From NCBI GenBank assembly GCA_021513715.1, contig CP084167.1, positions 1,024,001 to 1,088,000 of the forward strand: a DNA stretch of 64,000 bases. The letters run 5' to 3'. The notes below the pieces were generated by a model that saw nothing but the letters and a program-made list of their open reading frames with translations, had not been told where the DNA came from and did not search any database. Positions 41,074 through 51,583 of the stretch are shown piece after piece. The DNA is from Candidatus Heimdallarchaeum endolithica (GTDB taxonomy: Archaea; Asgardarchaeota; Heimdallarchaeia; Heimdallarchaeales; Heimdallarchaeaceae). The translations under genes and the position numbers were made by a program. Positions within the stretch are counted from its first letter, which is position 1, and every line of letters starts with the position of its first letter.

Positions 41074-42516
41074 TTACACCCCCTCGCTCTTCTTTTGTTC
41101 TTTTGTTATATCTACAAATACAATATATTTACTTTGGTTTAACAGTGCCTTTACATTTAGTCTCTTTGACTTAGTTTTTGATCCAATTGCTTGTAAATTA
41201 ATCAAAAACCATTCAAACGAACCTTTAAAATTCACTCTTGACCACAAAAACACTATTAATTCGTAGAATAAAAATGAGAAAGCACCTACTCCTAAAGCTA
41301 TTGTAAAGTAACCGTAACCTAAACTATGTTCAAAGAGATTTTTTCCTATTTTCTTTGCAAATATTATGTTTAAAATCCATTTAGGAAAGAGATCTACTAT
41401 TTCTAGCCAAAAAATTGATAGTGAAGCTATTGCCCAGAGTCTAAAATGTTTAACAATTAGATTATTTGCAAACTTTTCCGATTTTCCTCTATACTCCACT
41501 ATTCTTAGGAAAAGCATCACTACCATTATTTGTCCTCCTAATTGGATAATAAAAGTTGAGATTTCTGGTCTCTGGTCGAATAAGGAGTATGGAAGTCCTA
41601 GAAAAATTAAAATTATTCCTATTATTATAAATATTAATCCTCCTAATGAAGCAAAAAGAGGTAGTTTTTTTGGAGGGTGATCATTTGATAGAATTATACC
41701 TATCATTGCACCTATAAAACCTGTTGCTAGACACGGGAAGATAGGTTCTAGATGTCCTGCCACAATTACTAAGAAGAACGTTCTTATTGAAGCGTTATTT
41801 GCTTGAATGTAGGGATTTGGCCAATTTGGTTCAATTACTGGAGTAACTATTCCAGGATAAACTGTTGGTTTTTCCCAATTCATATTGTCTACACAATCGT
41901 GGACAAATTGTGTTGAGACGAGAATAGCTAAAGCTAAAAAGCCGTATATGAACAAGTTTTTTCTGTCATTATCTTGTTTTCCATTTCTTAACAAATAATA
42001 GTTTATTATTGTCGTAATTATTATTGATAGAGAAATTATTTGAATTGTGCTTATTTGGAATAGTTGAGCCCAAATAAAATAAGTATTTGACCAATCTCCT
42101 GTTCTTATTGCATATCCAAGGTATCCATAATAGCCAAAAGCATCTATAAAGTAGCTGTAGAACAGTAATATCATTCCACTTAACAACCTTTTTCTGAAAA
42201 CTTCTTTTGCTTCTTTTCCATTTTTTATTCTTTTAGTCATTGAGTAGGTGTTGACTATTGAAGAGATTAATAGAAAAAAGGTATTCCAGCTCCCTAAATA
42301 AGCAATTAATGCCCCAATTCCTACTAATATTTTTGGATAGGCCAATAACAGTTCTGGATTTTCAATAGCCCAGCTATAATCATACGAATGATAAAAACAA
42401 TGAGCAAAGGTCATAAATAGAATTGCTACTCCTCGTAAAAAATCTAAAGTTACTATACGTTCTAGTGAAGAAGTATCTTCTTTTACTGGTATAGGAATCC
42501 TTTCTATGAGGTGCAT
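41074..42516 (-). CDS. HGSNAT/DUF1624-like membrane acyltransferase
   Basis: 'RIVTLDFLRGVAILFMTFAH' motif; multi-TM. Confidence 0.75.
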   Translation of the reverse strand: MHLIERIPIPVKEDTSSLERIVTLDFLRGVAILFMTFAHCFYHSYDYSWAIENPELLLAYPKILVGIGALIAYLGSWNTFFLLISSIVNTYSMTKRIKNGKEAKEVFRKRLLSGMILLFYSYFIDAFGYYGYLGYAIRTGDWSNTYFIWAQLFQISTIQIISLSIIITTIINYYLLRNGKQDNDRKNLFIYGFLALAILVSTQFVHDCVDNMNWEKPTVYPGIVTPVIEPNWPNPYIQANNASIRTFFLVIVAGHLEPIFPCLATGFIGAMIGIILSNDHPPKKLPLFASLGGLIFIIIGIILIFLGLPYSLFDQRPEISTFIIQLGGQIMVVMLFLRIVEYRGKSEKFANNLIVKHFRLWAIASLSIFWLEIVDLFPKWILNIIFAKKIGKNLFEHSLGYGYFTIALGVGAFSFLFYELIVFLWSRVNFKGSFEWFLINLQAIGSKTKSKRLNVKALLNQSKYIVFVDITKEQKKSEGV

Positions 42517-42638
42517 AATAATAAACTTTTGAACTTTATTTTTAAATTTGTTTAAAAGGAAATGAAGAAATTATTGTTTTAAATAAACTAAAAAAAGAGA
42601 AGTTTGCGCATATAGATGGCGTAAAAAGCAGAATAGAA

Positions 42639-43808
42639 TTAAGTTTTTGTCTCTTGTTCTGAATACATTCTTTTAGTTGTAGAGAAATATACTGCTAGTA
42701 ATGAAACAGCTAGCATATAAAATACAAGAACAATTCCCCAATATAATATCATTGTTAAATTTGAGTAGTTGCCTTCTATTAATGAATTCGCGCTATCACC
42801 ATATATTAGAGAGAGAGTATAAAATACTGTATTGACAATGATTTTTCTTGCTATGAAAATATACTCTATTATAAACGGAAACAAGAGAACAACATAAGAA
42901 ATTTGGAACTTTGGATAGAAGATTAAGAATATTAACAGAAAAGGGAATGCATCCATATAATTATTTTTTCTTCTAAATAGGAAAAAAACACCACAAATAA
43001 GTAAAATCAGTGCTGTAGTTATCTTGAAGTATAAATTAAATTTTTCTAGATTCAGACTAAAAAAGGCCTGAATAACAGATAATATCCCTTGGTTTCCTCC
43101 ATGTGTTTCTTGAACTGGATCTTTAAACTGAAAGAGAAATTCTTCTGGAGCTAGGAAATAAAAAGGAATGTATATTAAACCAACCAATAGTACGAATAAG
43201 CTTATTCCTATTGTTCTCTTTTTCCAATTTTCAAAATACACCCAAATGAGAGGAGCTAACAGAATAGGATAGTATTTTATTCCTGCTCCAAGGGCTATAG
43301 TAATCGTACCTAGTATAGGTTTATCTTTTTCAAATAAGAATATTGGAATCAAAATAAGCAATGGTAGAATACACTCATCTCCTCCCCATATAACATTTAG
43401 GTAAAGAAAAAAGGGATTTAATCCATAAACAAGGGCCATAATGAATGCCTTGGGATTATTTTTCTTTTTTTGAATTTTAAATAAAATTAAACTTGACAAA
43501 ATTAGACATAAAGCGAAAAAGAATCTTACTACAAAGTCAAATTTGACCACTAGTAAACTGGAAATCAATACTATTATTGACCAAACATATGGACTTAAAG
43601 GAGCAGCATTTGTATAAAAGTCTCTATAAGGTAAAAGTCCAGAAAGAATTCCTGACCCTCTTGTGACAAAATTTCCTTGATCTGGTACTTCAGTAACATA
43701 ATTAGGATTTATGAATATGCAGTAAAGAATAAAAACACTGTTAAGAAATAGATATGTTGAAGAAAGTATCAATAGCAATTTTGTTTCTTTTTTCAGTCTC
43801 ATAAGCAT
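42639..43808 (-). CDS. GT-C fold membrane glycosyltransferase (GT87/DUF2029-like)
   Basis: 'LPYRDFYTNAAPL', 'YGLNPF' and 'GAGIKYYPILLAP'. Confidence 0.8.
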   Translation of the reverse strand: MLMRLKKETKLLLILSSTYLFLNSVFILYCIFINPNYVTEVPDQGNFVTRGSGILSGLLPYRDFYTNAAPLSPYVWSIIVLISSLLVVKFDFVVRFFFALCLILSSLILFKIQKKKNNPKAFIMALVYGLNPFFLYLNVIWGGDECILPLLILIPIFLFEKDKPILGTITIALGAGIKYYPILLAPLIWVYFENWKKRTIGISLFVLLVGLIYIPFYFLAPEEFLFQFKDPVQETHGGNQGILSVIQAFFSLNLEKFNLYFKITTALILLICGVFFLFRRKNNYMDAFPFLLIFLIFYPKFQISYVVLLFPFIIEYIFIARKIIVNTVFYTLSLIYGDSANSLIEGNYSNLTMILYWGIVLVFYMLAVSLLAVYFSTTKRMYSEQETKT

Positions 43809-43979
43809 TTTTACGAAATTCTTTTGATTTAAAATTGTTTTGAAATTACTGATAGGTTTTCTATTTTTAGAATTTTATTAAGAATTGACTTTGTACAAAA
43901 TGAGATAATATTGAGTGAAAATATATTCTGTTTTTTTAGAAAGATTTTAAATGTCCTAGATTAAATATTTAATAAATCA

Positions 43980-44645
43980 GTGATACAAATGTCAAATTCA
44001 AATTTGAAAGTTAAACCAGGAGATATTAAAATTAACAATTCGATAATAAACTTTTCTTTCCTATATCCTCTAGACTTTTCTCAATTGTTTAGAATTTTTA
44101 ACGAAGCTGGCTATGAAGCAGTGATGCCAATTTTAAAAGATAAAGGATTTCAGCCATTTATTAATATAGTAGATACAGAAAAATTTAGACTGAACTATTA
44201 TCCTGAGAAAAAACTTCTCGAACTTATCTCAGATTCTAAAAACATATCAGAAGTCTTTAGCGAGATTATTGACACCATTCAACTATCTGATTACAACATC
44301 TTAAATAATTTAACGTATTGTGAAATTGTCTCAAGAACGCTAAATATTGAGTCTGAAGAATGGAAAACAAAATTAAAAGATATTAATGTTGATTTTATAA
44401 ATAAATTTGCAGAAATATTTAATTTTAAAAAACTAAATGTGAATAGAATTGGATTTACAAATAGCTTAGATCCATTAACAGTTAACTGGTTTGGTGTTAA
44501 CATTTTACCTGTTAATGCACTAGGAGAAAATTATTACACATTTGAAATTGTATATAGAAGTGATAATATAGATAGCTTTAGAAATTTCCTCAAAAGTCTG
44601 AAAGACAATAGTGATAAAAGTATATTTGGTGATAAAAGTGGATGA
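43980..44645 (+). CDS. Hypothetical protein, first of a coupled three-gene operon
   Basis: 221-aa soluble ORF; likely ATG at 43989. Confidence 0.65.
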   Translation: MIQMSNSNLKVKPGDIKINNSIINFSFLYPLDFSQLFRIFNEAGYEAVMPILKDKGFQPFINIVDTEKFRLNYYPEKKLLELISDSKNISEVFSEIIDTIQLSDYNILNNLTYCEIVSRTLNIESEEWKTKLKDINVDFINKFAEIFNFKKLNVNRIGFTNSLDPLTVNWFGVNILPVNALGENYYTFEIVYRSDNIDSFRNFLKSLKDNSDKSIFGDKSG

Positions 44646-45081
44646 AACTACTAACTCAAATAGCACTTGGGAAACTTCAGAAAACATTACTCCCTTAAGA
44701 AATTTAAAGAGTAGATCAAAAGAGCCCATTCCTGGAATTCATACAATATTACAAGAGATAGAAATTAAACAAAAACAAAGTGAACAAGTAATAGAAAAAC
44801 AAAAAATACTTAGATTCAAAAAACCGAAATCTGAAAGCGATAAAATACAAAGTTTAACAATTTTTATTGAAAAAGCAATTGAAAAGAAAAAAGAAAGTAT
44901 TAAAGATATGTATGATTTTAAGATTGAATTTGACGAATATAACGGTTTATTCATAGTATCCTATTATTTTGATAGAGATTTAACATTAGAAGATGAAAGA
45001 AAAATTGCAGAATTAGAAGTTTTAATATTAGAAAAAATTGACATTTTTAGAATTGATTTTCAGAGAATATATAAGAGGTGA
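44638..45081 (+). CDS. Hypothetical protein (possible antitoxin)
   Basis: GTG start overlapping the upstream stop. Disordered N-terminus and acidic alpha/beta C-terminus. Confidence 0.55.
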   Translation: MDETTNSNSTWETSENITPLRNLKSRSKEPIPGIHTILQEIEIKQKQSEQVIEKQKILRFKKPKSESDKIQSLTIFIEKAIEKKKESIKDMYDFKIEFDEYNGLFIVSYYFDRDLTLEDERKIAELEVLILEKIDIFRIDFQRIYKR

Positions 45082-45491
45082 AATTTATCCCATCTCAGGA
45101 GGATCACTACAATGCTGCAATTAGCAACTTAAATTTCTATAAATTGAATAAAAATAACTTAAATAAATATCCTGATTGGGGAATTGTTATTCTGTTTTAT
45201 GAACTAATTCACTTAATTGAGCGTGTTTTAGCTATTTCTCCAATAAAAAAAGAATATCAACATTCTAGAAATCATAAACAAAGATATAGAACAATGCAAA
45301 ATATGCGAACAAAGATTCCAAAGGAGATATTAACCAAATATAGAATAATGAGCAATTTAAGTAGAAACGCAAGATATGATTATGGGAAAATAACCTTAGA
45401 AATTCTACAAAATTTTGAAAAGGAAGAATATAATGATTTGAAATATTTTTTCCAAAATTTATTTAGGGAGTTTCGAAAATATAAAAGATAA
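45078..45491 (+). CDS. HEPN-like protein
   Basis: 'HYNAAISN...DWGIVILFYELIHLIE...NHKQR...LSRNARY' pattern of small HEPN toxins. Confidence 0.65.
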   Translation: MKFIPSQEDHYNAAISNLNFYKLNKNNLNKYPDWGIVILFYELIHLIERVLAISPIKKEYQHSRNHKQRYRTMQNMRTKIPKEILTKYRIMSNLSRNARYDYGKITLEILQNFEKEEYNDLKYFFQNLFREFRKYKR

Positions 45492-45630
45492 TTCAAATTA
45501 AAACCTTTTTTTGATAACTATTTTTAGTCTTACAGTTTAAACAATGTATAACAAATATCTAAAGTTACTGTTATCAACAATAAAACGTGTTAGAAATGAC
45601 TTCAAGAATAGTCAATTTAACAAACACTAA

Positions 45631-46071
45631 CTATATTTTTATTGTTGACGAATCTTTTATTGTATTTAGAATTAGTTTTGTATTTGTTCTTTCTACATAT
45701 TTGTAAGCTTGAAGCTTTTTAATGAACTGATCTAATCCTTTTCTTGTCTTAAAAATAGCTAATACTACTACATCGAAGTCTCCTGTTACATCATATACTG
45801 CTATTACATTTTTTGATTTTGCTATTTCGTTTTCTACTTCAAACAATTTTCCTTTTGAAACTTTTACATCTATAATTACAGGAACATCATAACCTAAATT
45901 TGCATAATCGAGGGTTATAGTATAATCTCTTATTATCTTTTTTTCTTCTAGCTTCTTTATTCTAGACAACACTGTTGATGGAGCTATGTTCATTTTTTTT
46001 GCTATTGCTCTTGCTGACAATCTTGAGTCTGATTGTAAAATTTTGATTATTTTCTCATCTACACTATCCAT
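45631..46071 (-). CDS. Lrp/AsnC transcriptional regulator
   Basis: 'DEKIIKILQSDSRLS...STVLSRIKKLEEKKIIR' and 'VYDVTGDFD'. Confidence 0.95.
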   Translation of the reverse strand: MDSVDEKIIKILQSDSRLSARAIAKKMNIAPSTVLSRIKKLEEKKIIRDYTITLDYANLGYDVPVIIDVKVSKGKLFEVENEIAKSKNVIAVYDVTGDFDVVVLAIFKTRKGLDQFIKKLQAYKYVERTNTKLILNTIKDSSTIKI

Positions 46072-46234
46072 TTAATCACATTCTCAATTGAATATTTGTA
46101 TGGTTTTATTATTTAACACAACATTAAATAGGACATATGTTTTTAAAATTTTTTTCTTTTCAAACATACGTTTCGTCTCTTTTTATAAACCCTAATAAAT
46201 ATCAGATTTATATCAAACATAAGTATATAATTGA

Positions 46235-47563
46235 ATGGTTCGAATAATGATTACAGAGGAAGTAACAAAGGAAATTGTTGAAAGTGTAAAGTATGTTAAT
46301 CTACAGTTTACTGATATAGTTGGCCACTTAAGATCTATTACTGTTACAAAGAGTGAGTTGGGGCAGAACAACTTTTTAGAATTTGGTTTAGACGGGAGCA
46401 GTATTGAAGGTTTTACTTCCGTAGATAATAGCGATTTATTACTTAAGCCTGTTCTTGACACTTTTGTAGTTTACCCTTGGGATAAAAGAATTGGACGAGT
46501 TTTTTGCGAAATTGTTGAACCTTCTGGCGAACCTTTTCTTGGAGACACCAGATTCTTGTTAAAGAGATATTTAGATAAGATAGAAAAGGAATTCAACTAT
46601 AAATATTTTACAGGAAGTGAAATAGAATTCTTCCTTATTGATGGAAAAAAGCCTTCAGATAATGCTTCTTACTTTTCTTCAGAATATCTAGACTTTCACT
46701 CTTATTTTCGTTTAGAGCTGGCTGAAATTCTTGAGCATTTTGGTATTAAACCTGAATTTCTTCATCACGAAGTTGCTCCGGGTCAACACGAAATAAACTT
46801 TAGATATGCTGAAGCTCTTAGAACTGCAGATAATATTCAAACATACAAAATTGTTGTTCGTCGGTTAGCTTCTAATTTCAATCTTATAGCAACTTTTATG
46901 CCTAAGCCTTTTATTGATTTTAATGGTTCTGGCATGCATATTCATCAAAGTTTAGTTGACACAAAAACGAACAACAACCTGTTTAATGATGAAAATGGTT
47001 TATCTGATCTAGGAAAAATGTTCATTGCTGGATTAATCAAGTATTCTAAAGAAATTCTATTTTTCCTTGCTCCTACTGTTAACAGTTATAAAAGGTTAGT
47101 TCCTGGATTTGAAGCTCCTATTTATTCTTCGTGGGGAATTGGTAATAGAAGCACTTTGATTCGGATACCTACGTATAAATTAAGGAAGAACAGAACAATA
47201 ACCGTAGAATTTAGAGCTTCTGACCCTACTTGTAATCCATATATTGCTTTCACAGTTCTTTTAGCTGCTGGAATGAAAGGAATTAGAGAAAAACTTGAAC
47301 CTCCAGAACAAGTCTCAAAGAATCTTTTCTTAATGGATGTTAATGAAAGAAGAGAAAAATATCCACTATTGCCTACTTCATTAATAGAGGCGCTTGAAAA
47401 TTCCAAAAAGAACCATTTTCTTAAAGAAGTTTTGGGAGAACACATTTTCAATTCGTTCATAGGAATAAAAGAAAAAGAGTTTCAAGAATATTCACTAGTC
47501 GAAGGAAAATCATATTCTAAAGAAATAACGAAATGGGAATGGAAGAAATATCTAAATTATTGA
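46235..47563 (+). CDS. glnA: Glutamine synthetase type I
   Basis: 'DGSSIEGF', 'HHEVAPGQHE', 'ATFMPKP...NGSGMHIH', 'NSYKRLVPGFEAP' and 'EFRASDPTCNPY'. Confidence 0.95.
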   Translation: MVRIMITEEVTKEIVESVKYVNLQFTDIVGHLRSITVTKSELGQNNFLEFGLDGSSIEGFTSVDNSDLLLKPVLDTFVVYPWDKRIGRVFCEIVEPSGEPFLGDTRFLLKRYLDKIEKEFNYKYFTGSEIEFFLIDGKKPSDNASYFSSEYLDFHSYFRLELAEILEHFGIKPEFLHHEVAPGQHEINFRYAEALRTADNIQTYKIVVRRLASNFNLIATFMPKPFIDFNGSGMHIHQSLVDTKTNNNLFNDENGLSDLGKMFIAGLIKYSKEILFFLAPTVNSYKRLVPGFEAPIYSSWGIGNRSTLIRIPTYKLRKNRTITVEFRASDPTCNPYIAFTVLLAAGMKGIREKLEPPEQVSKNLFLMDVNERREKYPLLPTSLIEALENSKKNHFLKEVLGEHIFNSFIGIKEKEFQEYSLVEGKSYSKEITKWEWKKYLNY

Positions 47564-47582
47564 CTTTCTCCCTTTATTTTGC

Positions 47583-47867
47583 ATGAATAGTTTTAAGTAT
47601 TTGCCGAACTTAGTAATTATGAAAATGAAAAATGACTATAATTTAGCAACGATAGAAATTTTACGTGCTAAATATCCTGAACAATACATTGTTATTGATT
47701 CTAACTATAACGTTGTTGCAGTATTCAAGACTGTTGAAGAATTATATAAGTCACCATTATTATCCTCAGAAACAAGAATTATTGCACCTAAAAAAATTGT
47801 CAAATTTGATACAGCAAAAAGAAGACAATTTGGGTGGTATATGAAAAGAAGAAATGTGGAGGGCTAA
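47583..47867 (+). CDS. Small DUF5678-like protein
   Basis: 'LRAKYPEQYIVID...VVAV...EELY' pattern. True start is probably downstream of 47583. Confidence 0.55.
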   Translation: MNSFKYLPNLVIMKMKNDYNLATIEILRAKYPEQYIVIDSNYNVVAVFKTVEELYKSPLLSSETRIIAPKKIVKFDTAKRRQFGWYMKRRNVEG

Positions 47868-48011
47868 TTGAAATCTAGGTTTTTTTGAACAATACCTATC
47901 AAATAAAACAATTTGCAATTAACATCGATATCTTTTTTCAAAAAAAGAAGTAAAATATGGATAAAATATGAAAATGCAATAATAGACACGGGATTTAAAG
48001 GAAATATCTAA
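47868..48011 (+). pseudogene. Remnant of a retropepsin-like (clan AA) aspartyl protease
   Basis: Frameshifted fragments FAINIDIFF / RSKIWIKYENAIIDTGFKGNI* containing the DTG motif. Confidence 0.6.
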
Positions 48012-48044
48012 TCTTCAAAAAGAATTTCAAAAACGGTAGATTTT

Positions 48045-49361
48045 TTATCTATTTTTCTTGAATAATACTATTCTATTCGTATTTGTTCCATATTCGTTGT
48101 TTTCTATCCCCCAGATATTTGCTGTTTTTGTAAACTCTTGAAGATTGATTACTATTCCTACTGGTTCAAATCCAACTTCTGCTCCTATTGGTACTACTTC
48201 TTCATCTAGCTTTATTTTTCCTTTTCTTACTTCTCCTACTTCAAAAGCCAGATATCCTCCTGGTTTAATTATTCTATAGAATTCCTTGAATGCTTCTTTC
48301 ATCACTTTAGTCCATTCATCTAGTTTTCTTGTTATTGTTATCTTTTTTTCTATTTCTTTCACGTCTATATCGTTAAACCAACATCTTAGCCAATTATCTT
48401 TTGAATATTGCACCACGTCTAAGAATGGTGGAGAAGTTACTATTAGTGATACTTTTTCATCTTCTATTTCTGGTGTTTTTCTTGCGTCAGATGTAAGGAA
48501 TTTAGCTGTTTTTCCTGCTTCAGCTAGTTTTATTTTCTCTTCTTTCTTCAAATTCCTTTGCAGTGCCTTTGTTTTTCTTACTATTAATTTCTTTACTTCT
48601 CTATACTCTGGCTCTTGGTTTCTTTTTTCATTAATCTTTCTTTGTCTTTCTGGTGAAACTGCTTGGTTAGGTGGAAGAGTGAAAACTGAAAAAAATCCTT
48701 TTGAGTGTCCTGATAAGCGATTTGTCGCTACCATTCTTATCCACTTATCTATTATATCTTCTTCATTTTTTTCTTTTCTTTCTAGGAGATAGTTCTTTAG
48801 AGAAACTATTTCTGCTTCTGTTTTTTTGTGATAAAACATTGACAGATCTATTTCTGCTTCAGATTTATAATCTACTTTTATCTCGCTTAACCTTTCTTCT
48901 ACTTCTTTTATTGTTTGTACAAAAAATCTAGGAACTGTTAATATCTCACTTAGAGGGTTAATATCATTTGATATCACTTTTCTTCCCATTATTCCTGCTT
49001 CTATAACTGTTGTTCCTCTTCCACTAAAAGGGTCATATACCATCTCATTTTCTTTGGTTAATAATTGGATAAAAAATTTTGGTAATTGGGCTTTAAAACA
49101 AGCCCTATAAGATATTTCGTGGATAGAAGCTGCTTGTCTTTGTTTAGAAGTCCAGAACTCATTAGTGTATCTAATAATTTTCTTTCCGTCAATTTCCAAA
49201 TAATCGATTTTCGTTGATTTTTGATTTAATTTTTTTGAGTTTTTTCGTTCTTTTTCTTTACTATACAACTTAAAATTTTTCAAATACCCATGAATAGTGG
49301 AAATTGACTTTTTGCTTATTTTATTCACCATTTTGTCATTTATCCTGTGAACACCTTTCAA
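48045..49361 (-). CDS. Orphan N4-C/N6-A DNA methyltransferase
   Basis: Motif I 'YDPFSGRGTT' precedes motif IV 'VTSPPF'. No adjacent endonuclease. Confidence 0.88.
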   Translation of the reverse strand: MKGVHRINDKMVNKISKKSISTIHGYLKNFKLYSKEKERKNSKKLNQKSTKIDYLEIDGKKIIRYTNEFWTSKQRQAASIHEISYRACFKAQLPKFFIQLLTKENEMVYDPFSGRGTTVIEAGIMGRKVISNDINPLSEILTVPRFFVQTIKEVEERLSEIKVDYKSEAEIDLSMFYHKKTEAEIVSLKNYLLERKEKNEEDIIDKWIRMVATNRLSGHSKGFFSVFTLPPNQAVSPERQRKINEKRNQEPEYREVKKLIVRKTKALQRNLKKEEKIKLAEAGKTAKFLTSDARKTPEIEDEKVSLIVTSPPFLDVVQYSKDNWLRCWFNDIDVKEIEKKITITRKLDEWTKVMKEAFKEFYRIIKPGGYLAFEVGEVRKGKIKLDEEVVPIGAEVGFEPVGIVINLQEFTKTANIWGIENNEYGTNTNRIVLFKKNR

Positions 49362-49435
49362 ATTACATTTTTTATCTCTTTCTAAAAAAAATAAAAAACA
49401 AGAAATAGTTTTAATGTAGAATTAGAATTTTATTT

Positions 49436-49963
49436 TTACAACTCTTTCATTTTTTCTTTAATGAAATTCCTTCTTTCTCCTCTTGTCTTCAGTTCTGCTA
49501 TTTCTTTCTTATAGCGCTCTAATATCACTTCTCTTTGGAGATAAGCATATAATATATCATAAAATGGGAACTCCAATTCCAAAGCATCGTGGTCAGACTC
49601 ACATAATAGAGGAGCTCCACTTGCAACTGCTTCCAATCCATAAGCTAGTTTTTCACTTGGTTCTCTTTCTGTATCTCCAGAACGGACTATTTTTCGCAGT
49701 TTTGCTAAAGCAGGATCTTCTGTTAGATTATACTTTTCAATAATGGAGTCAAAAGTACAATATTTTACTCCGTCACGTTCAAAGTGATCAAGTTCTATTC
49801 CTGTTCCTGTATCAAAAGGAATTGCTCCAGTTTTCTCTACAAATTCAGTTATTTCTTCTTTAGGCAAGAAGATAAATTGTGCTTTTTTGTCTACAAAGCG
49901 CTTGATCAACCAAGGACAAGCTACTCTGTCAACATGTACATAATCTCTTGTAACCCATAACAT
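49436..49963 (-). CDS. chrB: Chromate resistance ChrB-domain protein
   Basis: 'MLWVTR...VDRVACPWLIKRFVD' and 'CTFD'. Confidence 0.85.
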   Translation of the reverse strand: MLWVTRDYVHVDRVACPWLIKRFVDKKAQFIFLPKEEITEFVEKTGAIPFDTGTGIELDHFERDGVKYCTFDSIIEKYNLTEDPALAKLRKIVRSGDTEREPSEKLAYGLEAVASGAPLLCESDHDALELEFPFYDILYAYLQREVILERYKKEIAELKTRGERRNFIKEKMKEL

Positions 49964-50121
49964 TTTGGTCAAAAAATGAAAACTTTTCACATTTAAAAAG
50001 TTTAAGCAGAAAGTTTATATTTTCTTTTATTTTTTCTTTCTCAATATTCATTTTTTTCATTTCTTTTACTACTAATTCTTTAATATTCAAAAAAAGTAAA
50101 AATGAAAAGTTACAACTATTC

Positions 50122-51522
50122 TCACTTTTCTTTATCATTTTTAGGATTAAGTTTCACAAAAAGAACAGGTTCAACGTTGTAGATTATTTCTCTTGAACGA
50201 ATTGGATCCATATGGTTAATAGTTCTTCTTCCTACAACTTTATTAAGGTAAGCCAAGCACCATTCCCATGTACCAATATATCTTGCTAAATCCCAGATTC
50301 TTATTAATGCTTCCCACATCAAAGTAAAAACAACAGCCAAGAAAAGCGCTTGAACAAAAGTCGCTTGATATCTATGAACATAATCCAGACCTGGAATAAG
50401 AGATAAGATTTTCTCTGGAATGAATATCAATACTTGAAACATATAGACTGTTAAGGACATTATTCCCCATCTACGGACAAATCTAGAGTTCTTTAACCAT
50501 TTTTCGACATCCAATTTAGGGTTGAATTCTACTTTGTGGATAATGAACAGCAATGCTGCTAGTTCTAATCCTGTGTTAGATAACATAAACCATGTTGGGT
50601 GAATGTGCTGAAAAACAAGTACACCATCTACATCATATCCATTACCGAACAAATTCTTTGTAAATAGTTTACTATCTATAAAAACGAACCAAATGGCTCC
50701 TAAAAGAAACAATCCAAGAGCTGTCCAGTAACCTCTTTTTAGAAATTTCTCAGAAGGATTATCTTGTATTAACCAATAACCTATAATTACACCTACTAAA
50801 CCAGAAGCTAACATTGGAAACAGCGGAGATTCTCTTCCTCCTAAAGCAATTATCCAATATCTTACAAACGGTTTTGTTATTGGTTTTACATAGGGAGGGT
50901 AAGCAGATGTTCTCAAGTCGACTATTTCTCCTAATCCTGTTTCTTTTCCTACAATTAAGTTTGCTAATTGTTGTACATAAGGGGATACAAAGACTATGAT
51001 AAGAGCTAAAGTACCAAGAACAATTGTATTTCTTTGAAGTTTATTCATTCCATCTTTTCTACTTAATATAAAGAACACTATACTTGCTACGATAATACTT
51101 GCAGCTATATCTTGTAAAGCTTCAACAAAGAAAACAAAATCACTAGCTACAGACCAATCCCACACTCCAGTTCTATGCCACACATCTATAATCCCAAAAG
51201 TATTAAAGATTGCATTATACAGATCTCCAATACCCCATAATATCAACCCAGCAAAGAAGTTTTGAAATAATATAACCCCTGGTCTTTTTCCTTTCTTGAA
51301 TTTTTGAGCCATTGAAAAAGTATTAACTGTAGATGAGATCATGATGAAAAAACCTCTCCAATGACCAAAAATAAAGAATAGAAAAGCAAATGGAAGTTCC
51401 CATGTTAAACTTCCTAAGTCTCCTGTTCCAAAGAAGTTCCATGAATTAAAAAAACCATGAAAAAGAGTCATTCCTAGCACAGTTAGACCTCTTGCAAAAT
51501 CAATTGACGTTATTCTCTTCAT
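50122..51522 (-). CDS. HGSNAT/DUF1624-like membrane acyltransferase (paralog 2)
   Basis: 'RITSIDFARGLTVLGMTLFH'. Confidence 0.72.
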   Translation of the reverse strand: MKRITSIDFARGLTVLGMTLFHGFFNSWNFFGTGDLGSLTWELPFAFLFFIFGHWRGFFIMISSTVNTFSMAQKFKKGKRPGVILFQNFFAGLILWGIGDLYNAIFNTFGIIDVWHRTGVWDWSVASDFVFFVEALQDIAASIIVASIVFFILSRKDGMNKLQRNTIVLGTLALIIVFVSPYVQQLANLIVGKETGLGEIVDLRTSAYPPYVKPITKPFVRYWIIALGGRESPLFPMLASGLVGVIIGYWLIQDNPSEKFLKRGYWTALGLFLLGAIWFVFIDSKLFTKNLFGNGYDVDGVLVFQHIHPTWFMLSNTGLELAALLFIIHKVEFNPKLDVEKWLKNSRFVRRWGIMSLTVYMFQVLIFIPEKILSLIPGLDYVHRYQATFVQALFLAVVFTLMWEALIRIWDLARYIGTWEWCLAYLNKVVGRRTINHMDPIRSREIIYNVEPVLFVKLNPKNDKEK

Positions 51523-51583
51523 AGTTTTTCAACTTTTAGCTAATTTAAAAAGATTATTAGCTTTTAGGCATCTTTTTTGTTAG

